From Meiothermus sp. (GTDB lineage Bacteria; Deinococcota; Deinococci; Deinococcales; Thermaceae): a stretch of DNA of 64,000 nucleotides. Position 1 is the stretch's first letter. The number at the start of each line of letters is the position of its first letter. Location of the stretch: assembly GCA_033762915.1 (NCBI GenBank), contig JANRLD010000042.1, positions 192,001 to 256,000 of the forward strand. Reading direction: 5' to 3'. Shown here piece after piece: positions 19,681-30,107 of this stretch. Made by a program: the position numbers and the translations under genes. Under the pieces are notes generated by a model, which searched no databases, was not told the origin of the DNA, and saw only the letters and a program-made list of their open reading frames with translations.

Positions 19681-20307
19681 GTGAGTGTCAAGTACAACAG
19701 AGCAGGAGCGCCCAGCAAGCTCACCCCGGCTCGAGCCAACGCGGTGATCCTGGCCGTGGCCGAAGGCCAGACTTTAAAAGAGGGGTGCAGGCAAGCGGGC
19801 ATACACCCCGCCACCTTCTGCCGCTGGGTCAATAAATACCCTGTGCTGGCCGAAGCCCTCGAGTCGGCCCGCAGGGAGGCGTTCAGGCGCAAGCAGAGGC
19901 AAAACCCCCGCAGACGGCGGGCCTTCATCCTGTACCGCTGCCCCTGGTGCTCCGGCTCCATCACCGTGAACACCGCATGGGGTGGATTGCACTTCTGGGT
20001 GTGTGGTAACTGCAACATTCAGGCTTGGCGGTTCCCTTCGCCTCATGCCTGTCTCAAATGTCACTCAGCGACGCTATACAGCTATAGCAAAAAGAGCGTG
20101 CAGTGTGTGCGGTGCGGCCATAGGCACTATCTCAATTCCGCGAATGTCTACACACTTACATCCTCGAGCGTTGTGAAAGAACCACGCGTCATCCACAGGC
20201 CCCAAGACCTGATCGGTGTGAAACCGTACCAGCCGAGTAAGATTTCACCTTACAGCGACGGCTTGGCTTGGAGGATTGCGAGGATTCTCGAGTCGGGGAA
20301 AAGATAA
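19681..20307 (+). CDS. Terminase-small-subunit-like HTH protein fused to Zn ribbons
   Basis: GAGGAGG RBS before GTG 19681 (ORF open from 19546); GAPSKLTP...AEGQTLKEGCRQAGIHPATFCRW; four CxxC pairs. Confidence 0.55.
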   Translation: MSVKYNRAGAPSKLTPARANAVILAVAEGQTLKEGCRQAGIHPATFCRWVNKYPVLAEALESARREAFRRKQRQNPRRRRAFILYRCPWCSGSITVNTAWGGLHFWVCGNCNIQAWRFPSPHACLKCHSATLYSYSKKSVQCVRCGHRHYLNSANVYTLTSSSVVKEPRVIHRPQDLIGVKPYQPSKISPYSDGLAWRIARILESGKR

Positions 20308-20396
20308 TAGTCTTGAATTGTATCTATTCCAGGGAAGATTTTGAGAACCCCCCGAAACTTGAGGATTGGTTTCAGAGTTGCCAGCAGATAGGAGGT

Positions 20397-23162
20397 TTAG
20401 GTTGCTGGGTGGTAATCGAGAGGCATACTAGATCTTCCAATCCACCCGACTGATAGAGCCTTAAGTTTTTCTTGTGAACTGAGTACTCGGTTACATGTTT
20501 CCCAATCTATTTTCTCAATATCGGTGTAACGAATAGTAAAGGGGTGCTCTTCGGGCAGAGCATCGATTATTTGTCTGGCTTGAGCTTGCTGGCCTAAGGC
20601 TACATTTATCCACACATCTTCGAGCACATCTGGGATCTGTCCGAAAAGGGTATGAATACTCTGCAAACGGGTGGAAAGTAGCTGATGCACTCGATCTTCA
20701 ACTGAACCAAGGTATCGGAGGTTATATATTTCTATCGAGTCATTAAGTTGGCCAATGCGCTGAATTCGACCCTTACGCTGCTCGAGACGAGTCGGATTCC
20801 AGGGCAAGTCTAGGTTTATCAACCTTCCCAAGCGCTGAAGGTTCAATCCCTCAGAAGCTGCATCTGTACCCAAAAGCAAGCGCAGCTTTCCTTGCCGCAC
20901 CAACTGCTTTAGGGTCTCACGCTCTTGGGGTTGCCATTCTCCACTCAGCATAAGGCCAGAGCTATCAGGCCCTGAGTACACCCCAATAAGCTCATGGGGA
21001 AATTCAGCGCTAAGGAACTTAGCTAAACTCAAAACCGAGTCTCGATACTGACTGAAGACTATGCAACCCTTTTCAAGCCAACGGGAGTCCCTAAGACAGT
21101 GCAGAACAACCGCATGTTTTGGGTCTCGTTCTCGATTTGATTGCAAGGCAGATAGGGTTTTTTCCAGTAGCTCCCTTTCATCCTTAGTAAGGGTCATACT
21201 ACTGCTGGAAATGGATTCGTCGTCCTCAGCCTCGTCATCTTCCACTGTCTCAGGCAGAGTTTGCCATGAGCTAAGCATTTTTTGCACCGTCTGCATACCT
21301 GCAAAAACGGAACTCCCAATCCGTCTTAGTAGAAGCGTTTTGAGAAAACCCCCACTGGGCAATCGTTGCTGTAGGAGTCGGCAAAACTCCTCTGCAAGGT
21401 CATATGCTTCTTTTAGGTAACTGGGCAGACTCACAGCATCGCTATTTTGCTCACCCCAAAGCACTACATCAATTTTTTTCAGGTAGGGTTCACTAGTTTC
21501 AGGGTCGAGGGTGTTCTCCAGATACTCACGGGTACGGCGAATAATACGACGGATAAATGGATTGTGATGCTGCATGATCTCTTTGAAATCCCACTCGAGT
21601 TTTTGCCGCTGGGCCATACTCACCTCACCATAGCGATTTCCAGGGACGTTGAGGTGATCGTCTTCAAGACCTAATCGCATCCGAATCTGGGCAAATAGAG
21701 GATCCTCTGTTTTTGGTGGTAGTGGATCCCGCACCCAATCCCACATCTCGAGCTTATTGGCCGCCTTAGGTTGGCTCATGACCATCTCCAAAGCATCCAT
21801 TGGTTTACGCCAGCGTGAGAGTGTACTTCCCAATACGCTGTCATCACCTCGAGACAGCACTTCTAGCAAATCCCAAGCTTCAATGGGCCTAAGCTGTACT
21901 GGGGTTGCAGTAGCCAACAACAAACTTCTTGTTTGAAAGGCAATCTGTTGTATGAAAGCCAGCAAATTATTGGGTTCAGCCTTTTGTTCGTCCTTACCGG
22001 GGCCTAGATTTCGCCTGCGGGCGTGATGCGCCTCATCTAGAATCACACAGTCATATTCAATATCCAATAGGCGGGTTACTGAATCAGACTTTCGCTTGAT
22101 TAATCCCGTCGAGATCAGCCCTACTCGCCTTGGACACTTCTTTATATCGTTAGAATCTCGTGCCGGATAGACAATTTCGTTTTCATCAATCCAGTTCTTT
22201 CCATCCCATACTGCGGACGGCATTCCAAGTTTATCCATCAGCTCATCCTGCCATTGAGGAAGCAAGGGTTTAGGGGCCAATATGAGGATCGGCTTTTCTC
22301 CGGTTAATGCGATGAGTTGGGCAGCCATCGCAAGTTGAAGGGTTTTTCCCAGACCTACCTGGTCGGCTAGAATAAATCGGGCCTTACCAATCGGCCCATG
22401 ATGGGCATCGAAAACGGTTTTGACAAAGTATTTTTGGTGATCCCATAGACCTGCTTCTTGACGCAATACAGGGGCTTCAACAATTGCCGGAGCTGGGTCA
22501 GAAGGAGGCTCACCCGATCTTGCCCAATCTGCTAAGACAATCACCTTGCGTTCAGCTAATCGGCCCACATCCTGAATTACTGCTTCAGCTAAGGGTATGG
22601 CATAAGGGGATAGCCAAAGGGCATCAAACTCTTCTTGAACCCAGCTCACTGCTTCGAGGCTCGAGTCCTCCCAGACCAATTCATAGTTAAGCTTCCAAGC
22701 CGACTTAGACTCATTGGCGCTTCCCATAAAAGCCAATTTGTTTCCATCCGCTAAGGTAATTACCCCTGCTTTACCATGAACCAAACCAAAGGCTTCATCG
22801 GGCAATACGCGCACCTCGAGTTTCCCACTGGAAAGCATTTGATAAAGCCGTTGAAACCGTTCTCTGGCTTGAAAAGCACCAGGGCTATCTAGTAACTTCT
22901 CGGGTTCAGAAGCAGTCCAACTGCGTTTGACCGCAGCTTTGGCAACCTGCACATCCTCGGGGGCCAAATCGGAGTTGCAAACCACCCGAATCTGACCCTG
23001 GATGCTGTCAAGTTCTTCGCCTACCACCTCGAGCAACGATGACGAAAAGTAACCCGCAATTCGGTCATAGGTCAAAGCACCTTGGAGCCTCGAGGCCAAA
23101 AAGCTTCGATCAATCCGCTGCCGACGAGAGGAAAAGCGGTTTATCACTTTATCTATCTCCAA
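20397..23162 (-). CDS. PLD-nuclease + SNF2/SF2 helicase of the restriction-like anti-phage system
   Basis: HGK...GSANES PLD motif; LADQVGLGKT, DEAH, TATP, SEGLNLQ and WNPTRLEQRKGRIQRIGQ. Confidence 0.9.
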   Translation of the reverse strand: MEIDKVINRFSSRRQRIDRSFLASRLQGALTYDRIAGYFSSSLLEVVGEELDSIQGQIRVVCNSDLAPEDVQVAKAAVKRSWTASEPEKLLDSPGAFQARERFQRLYQMLSSGKLEVRVLPDEAFGLVHGKAGVITLADGNKLAFMGSANESKSAWKLNYELVWEDSSLEAVSWVQEEFDALWLSPYAIPLAEAVIQDVGRLAERKVIVLADWARSGEPPSDPAPAIVEAPVLRQEAGLWDHQKYFVKTVFDAHHGPIGKARFILADQVGLGKTLQLAMAAQLIALTGEKPILILAPKPLLPQWQDELMDKLGMPSAVWDGKNWIDENEIVYPARDSNDIKKCPRRVGLISTGLIKRKSDSVTRLLDIEYDCVILDEAHHARRRNLGPGKDEQKAEPNNLLAFIQQIAFQTRSLLLATATPVQLRPIEAWDLLEVLSRGDDSVLGSTLSRWRKPMDALEMVMSQPKAANKLEMWDWVRDPLPPKTEDPLFAQIRMRLGLEDDHLNVPGNRYGEVSMAQRQKLEWDFKEIMQHHNPFIRRIIRRTREYLENTLDPETSEPYLKKIDVVLWGEQNSDAVSLPSYLKEAYDLAEEFCRLLQQRLPSGGFLKTLLLRRIGSSVFAGMQTVQKMLSSWQTLPETVEDDEAEDDESISSSSMTLTKDERELLEKTLSALQSNRERDPKHAVVLHCLRDSRWLEKGCIVFSQYRDSVLSLAKFLSAEFPHELIGVYSGPDSSGLMLSGEWQPQERETLKQLVRQGKLRLLLGTDAASEGLNLQRLGRLINLDLPWNPTRLEQRKGRIQRIGQLNDSIEIYNLRYLGSVEDRVHQLLSTRLQSIHTLFGQIPDVLEDVWINVALGQQAQARQIIDALPEEHPFTIRYTDIEKIDWETCNRVLSSQEKLKALSVGWIGRSSMPLDYHPAT

Positions 23163-23168
23163 TACGAT

Positions 23169-26069
23169 CTAGGCGTAGTCATTCTCTATCAAGCCCAACA
23201 GCAAATCTGCCGACTCACCATCTTTCTTCCACTCGGACATTTTCCCGTTGTGGCGTTGTGCTGCCAGGTAGCCCAAAAGGTGCATAATTCGCTCTCGCTG
23301 GCTCCAATACGTATCGGCCAGCTCGGTCTTAAGGTAGTCCAGCCCAGCTCGAGGTTTATCTTCCCGGGCAGCGGCATACACCGCAAATAGAACCTGTCTC
23401 AAGAGGGTTCCCGCAAAGCCTGAACCCTGCATATACTTACGGGCCAGCTCCGTAGGGGTCATCAGGCGCACATGGTTGGCCTTGGACTCAGCAAACAGAT
23501 CATCGTAGTTGGCTACCCCAAATCCTCGTGCCAGCTCCTGATAGGCTCCGCTCCGGCGCTCTCCGTGGGCCTCGAGTTCTAAACCTTTGAGGTAGAAGCG
23601 CTCGAGGGGCAGCAACCGCTTCCAAGTGTCTTTGTCGAAGCCCTTGGGTACTTGGTGATCGGCGGCAATCCGCACGGCTTGTTCAATCAGCCCCTTGAGG
23701 GGATTTTCTTCGCCTTTAGCTCTTGCCCGCAGTAATTCTTTTTCAGGGTCTATATCGTCTATAGGCTGGGCAGTCAGAATACGCAAAGCGGCTGCGTAAG
23801 CCGCAAGTTGATAATCCGAATCAGTAAAGTTGGGATCAGAGGCATCTTCCAAGGCGGTCATTTCGTCCAGTTGGCGGCGTACCTCGAATTCGATATAGGG
23901 CACCAACTGGTGCTTAAATAGCGAATCTGTTGCCGTTCGTTTGCGAAGAACAAGAAGTACAGTTCCCTGCACATAGTTGCCCTCGCCCGTTGCAGGGCCT
24001 GTTTCGGTTGCTACAGTCCAGGCTGCTGTCACCCTCAACCCAGCCGCCCATAGAATCATAGCGAGGTCAGCCCAAACCCCTGCGTCTTGGTGGGTAAACA
24101 TGACCACCTGTAGACCGTTTTCAGGCATCTTTTCAGCAAGGCGTTTATAGCAGTCCACCATTCCAGACCGAAAACCTGAATCGTTGCCCCTAACTGCAAG
24201 AGCTCGTTTTGAATCAACATACCAATCAGGGAAAAGTTGCCTAAGTTGTCCTTCATACCAAGATAAGTAAAACTCCGAAAGCTCAGGGTAATTAACCGCA
24301 TCTGCATATGGAGGATCTGTTATCCAAACATCACAAATTTGATCAATTAACCTTCCATCCTTGACGACTACATTTGAGGGGATGGTTGTTTCTTTGCGCT
24401 CGGGTATAGCAACACTTTGAATGGTCAAGAATGATCGAGTGGAATAGTTGTAATTTGTATTGAATGCTTGGTTCAAGAATGTGTTTTTTCCACCTCCAAT
24501 ACCACTACTGTTGCTGGGAAGCCAAACCGATAAACGGCTATTCCAATCGGCTAGACGACCTGATAACAGTAGAATTGCTGCCCGCTCCGTGAGTGGCAAA
24601 TCTTTAGAGGACAAAAGAAAAAGACCAATTTGAAGAAGTTGTCTCGGATTAAATAAGTGGTGCCAATGTGTCCAGCCTCGTTCACGTTGAAGCCTTGTTG
24701 TTTCATCACCTGGTTCGATTTGGTGGCTAGGAATATAGCCCTTAGTTTGCCAGTCTTCAAAATACTTTAATAGAAGCTCTACCGCCTTTTGTTCTCTATC
24801 TAAATCGGCATTACCAGGCGGACAATAGTGGCGGCGAGTTTGCTCTTTACCTTGCGCATCTCGATATGTCTCAACCCATCGGATGCAGTACAGCCGTTCT
24901 TGAAATACATCCCCTGCACGGGGTACAACGTCGTTATTTTCCCACAATCTCAGATTGCGTCTTATGACTTGTATAGGTGTAGACGCACCTCCAAGTGGAA
25001 AGACAAGACGAGAGTCTTTCACCGTCCCTCTCTTTGCTGCGTGAAATTCTTGCTCACTTGGGTTCTCAATTATTTCAAAATCAAACCGTCTATTTACAGG
25101 ATCTGGGATAAGTTTTGCGATTACACGGGGCTTCTCAGCAATTACCCAACTTGGTGCGAGCGGTACTCGCCAACCGGATTCCGGATCTATTACTTCAACG
25201 CAATACAGAAAGGCATCCGCTCGCCAACCTTGCTCATTATGTTCTATTCCCCATTCCGTAAATTGGCGATCCACAGCTTCAAAAACGCTGTGCTGCGCTC
25301 TTTGTATCTTTTCAGCTACTTCCGATCCACCTCCAACTATATTGAGTGCCGCCCAAGTTAAAAGGCCTGCAACAGGATTTAAGTCTGAGGCATAGGCTTG
25401 ACAGCCAATACGAGCAGCCTCGAAAGGAATACTCCCACCCCCGCAAAAGCTATCGCCGACAATTGGTCTATGCCCAAAACGGCGTATACCTAGCTCCTCG
25501 ACCAGCTCGACCAAACTATTGGCATTAGTTCCAAGATGAGCATTAATGTCAACCCAAGCTTGCTCAGTAGGCCCCCCAATTTGTTCGGGTCGGTCAGCAT
25601 AATCCAGCTTCTCAGAATATGGCAGATGTCGGTAGGCTAATAGTTGCAGATAACTTTTGTCTTCTCTACTTAAGTTGCTTTTTAGCTTTGGAAAATCAGA
25701 GTTGGGATCTAGGTAGAGCTGTGCTTCTGGTAAATGGGTTAGGTGCTTAAGAAGATCACTTAGGGCAAGGTTTTTAGATCTTCGCTGTTCTAGACCATCT
25801 TCATCCATAGTCATAAGTTTCAAGAAGACTTCACGATCTTTTGTGGGGTTATCAGTAGCAGGTAGAAGCAAACCAAGGATTGTTGCTCGCACCATCACCA
25901 AGGGCTTTCGACCCCACCACTTTCCTAGACCCGTAAGAGTCTGCATGAACACTGCTTTGCGTTCCTTATAACTCTCTGCCGAAAGCTTTGCCACCGGAAG
26001 CTGTACTTCAATAAACGATTTGGCATTGGCGAGGTCTTGAGTAACCTCACTGGGTTTTGATTCAGTCAT
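23169..26069 (-). CDS. DUF1156 domain adenine-specific DNA methyltransferase
   Basis: LTGLGKWWGRKPL N-terminus, SAM motif DSFCGGGSIP and catalytic TDPPY. Confidence 0.9.
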   Translation of the reverse strand: MTESKPSEVTQDLANAKSFIEVQLPVAKLSAESYKERKAVFMQTLTGLGKWWGRKPLVMVRATILGLLLPATDNPTKDREVFLKLMTMDEDGLEQRRSKNLALSDLLKHLTHLPEAQLYLDPNSDFPKLKSNLSREDKSYLQLLAYRHLPYSEKLDYADRPEQIGGPTEQAWVDINAHLGTNANSLVELVEELGIRRFGHRPIVGDSFCGGGSIPFEAARIGCQAYASDLNPVAGLLTWAALNIVGGGSEVAEKIQRAQHSVFEAVDRQFTEWGIEHNEQGWRADAFLYCVEVIDPESGWRVPLAPSWVIAEKPRVIAKLIPDPVNRRFDFEIIENPSEQEFHAAKRGTVKDSRLVFPLGGASTPIQVIRRNLRLWENNDVVPRAGDVFQERLYCIRWVETYRDAQGKEQTRRHYCPPGNADLDREQKAVELLLKYFEDWQTKGYIPSHQIEPGDETTRLQRERGWTHWHHLFNPRQLLQIGLFLLSSKDLPLTERAAILLLSGRLADWNSRLSVWLPSNSSGIGGGKNTFLNQAFNTNYNYSTRSFLTIQSVAIPERKETTIPSNVVVKDGRLIDQICDVWITDPPYADAVNYPELSEFYLSWYEGQLRQLFPDWYVDSKRALAVRGNDSGFRSGMVDCYKRLAEKMPENGLQVVMFTHQDAGVWADLAMILWAAGLRVTAAWTVATETGPATGEGNYVQGTVLLVLRKRTATDSLFKHQLVPYIEFEVRRQLDEMTALEDASDPNFTDSDYQLAAYAAALRILTAQPIDDIDPEKELLRARAKGEENPLKGLIEQAVRIAADHQVPKGFDKDTWKRLLPLERFYLKGLELEAHGERRSGAYQELARGFGVANYDDLFAESKANHVRLMTPTELARKYMQGSGFAGTLLRQVLFAVYAAAREDKPRAGLDYLKTELADTYWSQRERIMHLLGYLAAQRHNGKMSEWKKDGESADLLLGLIENDYA

Positions 26070-26081
26070 GTTTGGCTCCTG

Positions 26082-26699
26082 TTATTCATCGTCTTGAGCT
26101 GCACCAAAAATGGTCTGTTGGGCAGCGGCACGGAAATACTCGGGTACATGGGTCTCGGTGGAAAACGGCCCTACTGGATTTTCGGTCAAGGCAAACCGGA
26201 TGGCTTTTCGCCAACCCCGGTTGCGGTCTGCACTGGCATGACCTGTGGCAGCCGCTGTCTGGGTATAGAGCCACCAACGTTCTTCAGGGACTAAGCCAAG
26301 CCAATTGGCAACCGCATTACCTGTTAGGGTAGGGTCAGCATCCTCAATAGCCCAAGCCAATAAGACCAACTCTTTGCCAAGCTCACGGCGCAAGATATTT
26401 TGTCCAGCCTTCCAACCACTCGGCCTATGCCCCAAAGACTTTAGGCGTTGGTTGAAATGTGCCCGCACTTCTTCAGCAATCTGATCCCACTTGACCCTTG
26501 GGAGAATTACCCGAAGCTGTCCGGGGTCTGCCTCACCATCGAGGTTCCATACATAGTGCTCAGTTATTTCGATGCTGGCCTTTGCACTACGGGGAATATT
26601 GACTTCAAAGTGATGGGTGGTTTCAGAGGGATTGAAACCATAACTTCCTTCTACATGACCGTTTTCTACAACCGCAATTTTGCTTCGTTTACTAGCCAT
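26082..26699 (-). CDS. DUF3780 domain protein
   Basis: FNQRLK, LGKELVLLAWAIE, NWLGLVPEERWWLY and GWRKAIRFAL; position between DUF499 and DUF1156. Confidence 0.85.
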   Translation of the reverse strand: MASKRSKIAVVENGHVEGSYGFNPSETTHHFEVNIPRSAKASIEITEHYVWNLDGEADPGQLRVILPRVKWDQIAEEVRAHFNQRLKSLGHRPSGWKAGQNILRRELGKELVLLAWAIEDADPTLTGNAVANWLGLVPEERWWLYTQTAAATGHASADRNRGWRKAIRFALTENPVGPFSTETHVPEYFRAAAQQTIFGAAQDDE

Positions 26700-26740
26700 A
26701 AACATAACCCCCATATACCGCGTTGGCAAGGCTTAAGGGT

Positions 26741-29700
26741 CTATTTGCTGGCGGATTGTGCTGCATGGTTTTGTTTAACCTCTTTCTCGTTTACTGTGGT
26801 CTTGATTTCAGCAGCCCAGTCTTGCAGGTCTTGGCCTTGTGTGAAGTCCAGTTGTTGGACATCGATACTCACATTAGCCTCGGGATTGATGGCCCGGATT
26901 CCCTCGAGGGCTTTCTCGATCTGTTCAGCACTTAGTTTACGACTTTCGGAGATGGAAAGCTCAATCCAATCTTGGGTTGAACCAGTCAAATTGACCACAA
27001 CCCCGCAAGCCAGCACTTTGTATTTTTTCATGCGCTCAAGAAATTCGTAGGATTCCTTAGTAGCCCCAAAACTTTGCTTTCGGTTCCATGTGGCTGGGCG
27101 GGTTACGTCCAATGCCCACTTACCCGCACTCTGAATATCAATGCGGCGAACTTCCGACTGGATATTTCTGGCTTTGGCTACAGCCAACACGAACTTAGTA
27201 CCTTCTGGAAGCTCAAAGTCACCCGCATAGGTAGCACCTGCCGCTTGGGGGGATGAACCATCGGTGGTGTAGAGAATCTCTCCTGTTGGTATGGCTTTCA
27301 GCTCGAGCCACTGCTTGTCGCCCTTGGTATATATCCGCTGGCGAAGGGTAATGCTATTGCGCCAAAGTTTAGCTTCTCCGGTTTCATGCTCCCCCTTAGA
27401 ATCCACAGCTAGGAAGCTAACCTCGAGTTCGTTTGTAGTGAGCATGTATCCTGGCAGACGATTACTGGCTGTTGTTGCCGTGCCTCCAAACTCGTAATAG
27501 ACCGCATCAGCATAGCTTGGAATCACCTTAAGAACAGCCTCACCAGTATCGTCATTACGGCTAATCACATTGACTTCTAGGGCGGTTTTAGGAGCTGGAA
27601 AGGGGCCTTTATCTAAATAACCCCCTTCTTCCCGCCAATAGTCTCTGGAGAGGCATTCTGACTTAAGGTCATCAAGGGCCCTTGGTAGATGCCAAGGCCA
27701 GTCCACATTGGTTGCAGCACGGCGCCGGATTTCACTCCAAGTAGTAACCTGGGCGGTAAAGAGCAGTTTTTCGACCATCTTGCGGAAGTTGGCACTGCTA
27801 ACATCATCGTTAAACTTGTACTTCTCTTTTAGCACCTCACGAACTTGAGTCTCCCCAACATAGCTATTACCCGTAAACTGCATCAGGAAATCCCCTGATA
27901 GAAGAGAGGCACCGATGTTGGGGGCTTTTTGTGGGTAATACAGAACTGTAAAGGTATCCCGTACCGCTTGGTAGAAGTTGGTATTAATTTTGTCCCTTAG
28001 TTCTAAAGCCCGAATCATGCGCATATCTTGCTTAGCAACATTTTCGGCCTCGAGTTCCGACAGAATAGTCTCAATAGCCCTCAAACGCTTGCCAGCCTCG
28101 ATCAATGAGCTATAGGTTGACTTCAAACCCGTCAAAAACATCACTCGATTTTGCAGGGTCGTTTGTTCGAAGAATTGCTTGATGGCTGGGTTTAGACCTC
28201 CACTATAGGGTTCACTGATAACCAAGGTCACATCTCCTTGGTCAAGTTCAATCTCGTTGACTGCAGGAAGTACCACTAAGCGCTGATAGCAATCCCGCGT
28301 CTTCGGTTTGAACATCTCCTCGAGCCTGTCCCGAATCATTTTGACGGCTTGCTCTGGAAGAAAACCCTTCACTAGATCATTCAAACGGGCATTAAGATTC
28401 TGCACATTCTGAAAATAGAGTTTGCCGTCGTTATTGGCGTGTAAATACCAAGCTTCGGCAGCCAATTTCTCGAGCACACCGCTCTTTAGGCTCTTGGTAT
28501 CTCTGCCCGGCCTGCATAAGATCAGAATTATTTCAGGGATTGATAACCCTCTGACCTGATTCATCGCCGTAGAAAGTGAAGACATCAATAAAAGCTTTGC
28601 AGCATCGGTACCATCGGTAGTCTTAAGGTCATGATCCAACCGTTCAGCAACTGCATTTCCCTCAGAAGCAATGTCATGAGCAACCGCATTGGTTAAAGAA
28701 GAATTGATTCCACTAATTGTCGTGACTGTATCCTGATCGTTTAGATCAAGGTCATAAGGTGCTATCAAAGCGGTTCGTTCATGCAGTCCCGATTTCCACA
28801 TGGTGGAAACCACGGTACGCATCAAGCGAATAAGGCCACGGGTTTGTTGAAATCCCTCATTTTCCTTGAATCGGGCATATAGATCACGTAGGGCAGGGTG
28901 AAAAGGGAAGGATTCTTTGATTTGTACCGCATATGACTCGGGGGTTTCGTTGACCAAACCCATCTGGCCCGCTGCGCGAACTGCTGCCGCATAACCCTGA
29001 GCCACTTCATCAATAGCAGATTGATCGGGTTGGTGCTCGAATAGACGCACCCGCAGAATGTTGTACAACTCATCACTGTTCATTCGTACCGGAATTATGG
29101 GCTTTGCTAGGCGCTGTGTCTCATTGTGAAAGTCATTTAAGACCTGCTGAATTACCGCCTGACCCTGAGCATAAGCAGCAGTCAAATCTGTCATGACCAA
29201 AGCCACTCGAGCACACTTCTCACTGCCCAGAGCAACTAACAAGTTAGATAGGGCTGTTGCGGTTACTCGGGCCAAATTGGAGTTTCCCACCGCAATAGAA
29301 AAAGCATTGTCAAAGTACGGTGGCATCTCATCAAGCAGAATGAGTACCGTGTCCCCATCAAAGAGGTTTTCCCATGCTGTTTGTCCGGGTGCTATAAGGG
29401 GTGAATAGTAATCCCTAAAGAAATCCCTCTTTCCCAGTTGATCAGCAATAGCTCCCCAAATACCGAGTGGGGCATTCTCCCGGCCAGAAAAGTTAACCAC
29501 CTTTACTGCGCCCAAGCTTGAATCTGATTTATACAATCCCGACATCACTTGCGCCCGGATCTCTGGATGCTTTGCCAGTAGACCCAATGTAAGGAGGTTA
29601 TGGGTTTTGCCGCCCCCCATTGCCTGCTTGAGTAAAAAGACTCCTTGATCTGACTTACCCTCGAGGCGCTTGAAGGTTTGTGTCAACAAGTCGCGCATTC

Positions 29701-29842
29701 CTTCGGTAACAAAATTCTCCGCAAAAAAGACTCTAGGGTCAATGCGGTTACCTTGTAAATCCTTTAGGTCTAAAACAGTATCCCGCTTTGCCGAATCAAA
29801 CACACTGCTTTTAGGTGTGAGCAATTGTGCTAAGGTTTTCAT
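26741..29842 (-). CDS. DUF499 domain AAA+ ATPase
   Basis: LKQAMGGGKTH Walker A, LILLDE, SFPFHP, GFQQTRGLIRL and a C-terminal Fn3-like YTTDGS. Confidence 0.88.
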   Translation of the reverse strand: MKTLAQLLTPKSSVFDSAKRDTVLDLKDLQGNRIDPRVFFAENFVTEGMRDLLTQTFKRLEGKSDQGVFLLKQAMGGGKTHNLLTLGLLAKHPEIRAQVMSGLYKSDSSLGAVKVVNFSGRENAPLGIWGAIADQLGKRDFFRDYYSPLIAPGQTAWENLFDGDTVLILLDEMPPYFDNAFSIAVGNSNLARVTATALSNLLVALGSEKCARVALVMTDLTAAYAQGQAVIQQVLNDFHNETQRLAKPIIPVRMNSDELYNILRVRLFEHQPDQSAIDEVAQGYAAAVRAAGQMGLVNETPESYAVQIKESFPFHPALRDLYARFKENEGFQQTRGLIRLMRTVVSTMWKSGLHERTALIAPYDLDLNDQDTVTTISGINSSLTNAVAHDIASEGNAVAERLDHDLKTTDGTDAAKLLLMSSLSTAMNQVRGLSIPEIILILCRPGRDTKSLKSGVLEKLAAEAWYLHANNDGKLYFQNVQNLNARLNDLVKGFLPEQAVKMIRDRLEEMFKPKTRDCYQRLVVLPAVNEIELDQGDVTLVISEPYSGGLNPAIKQFFEQTTLQNRVMFLTGLKSTYSSLIEAGKRLRAIETILSELEAENVAKQDMRMIRALELRDKINTNFYQAVRDTFTVLYYPQKAPNIGASLLSGDFLMQFTGNSYVGETQVREVLKEKYKFNDDVSSANFRKMVEKLLFTAQVTTWSEIRRRAATNVDWPWHLPRALDDLKSECLSRDYWREEGGYLDKGPFPAPKTALEVNVISRNDDTGEAVLKVIPSYADAVYYEFGGTATTASNRLPGYMLTTNELEVSFLAVDSKGEHETGEAKLWRNSITLRQRIYTKGDKQWLELKAIPTGEILYTTDGSSPQAAGATYAGDFELPEGTKFVLAVAKARNIQSEVRRIDIQSAGKWALDVTRPATWNRKQSFGATKESYEFLERMKKYKVLACGVVVNLTGSTQDWIELSISESRKLSAEQIEKALEGIRAINPEANVSIDVQQLDFTQGQDLQDWAAEIKTTVNEKEVKQNHAAQSASK

Positions 29843-30062
29843 GTTTCAGTTATACGACATGGGCACGCTTTTTGTTAGTTGTTTGTGTACCAAACGATAA
29901 GGAGTAGAGCACACAGGTTAGTAGAGGATCACTGGAGTTCAAGCCACCCCGTAATAGCAGGAGCCTCCTCGAGGGGAAATAGTTCAAATGGCTATTCGCC
30001 CCCATGCTAAAAGCTTGATCTACACAAGGTTTTTCGGGAAAACCGTTTGCTTCCAAAAAGAT

Positions 30063-30085
30063 AAACCCGCCTGATTTGGCGGGTC
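30063..30085. terminator. Hairpin terminator downstream of the small minus-strand ORF
   Basis: AAACCCGCC-TGATTT-GGCGGGT. Confidence 0.5.
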
Positions 30086-30107
30086 TACATACTAAAAGGA
30101 TTGGGCT

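Noticed and set aside
20397..29842. Claiming the defence cassette as a new system, or as classical BREX/DISARM
   Set aside because: The architecture matches an already described restriction-like four-gene system, and there is no PglZ or DrmAB.
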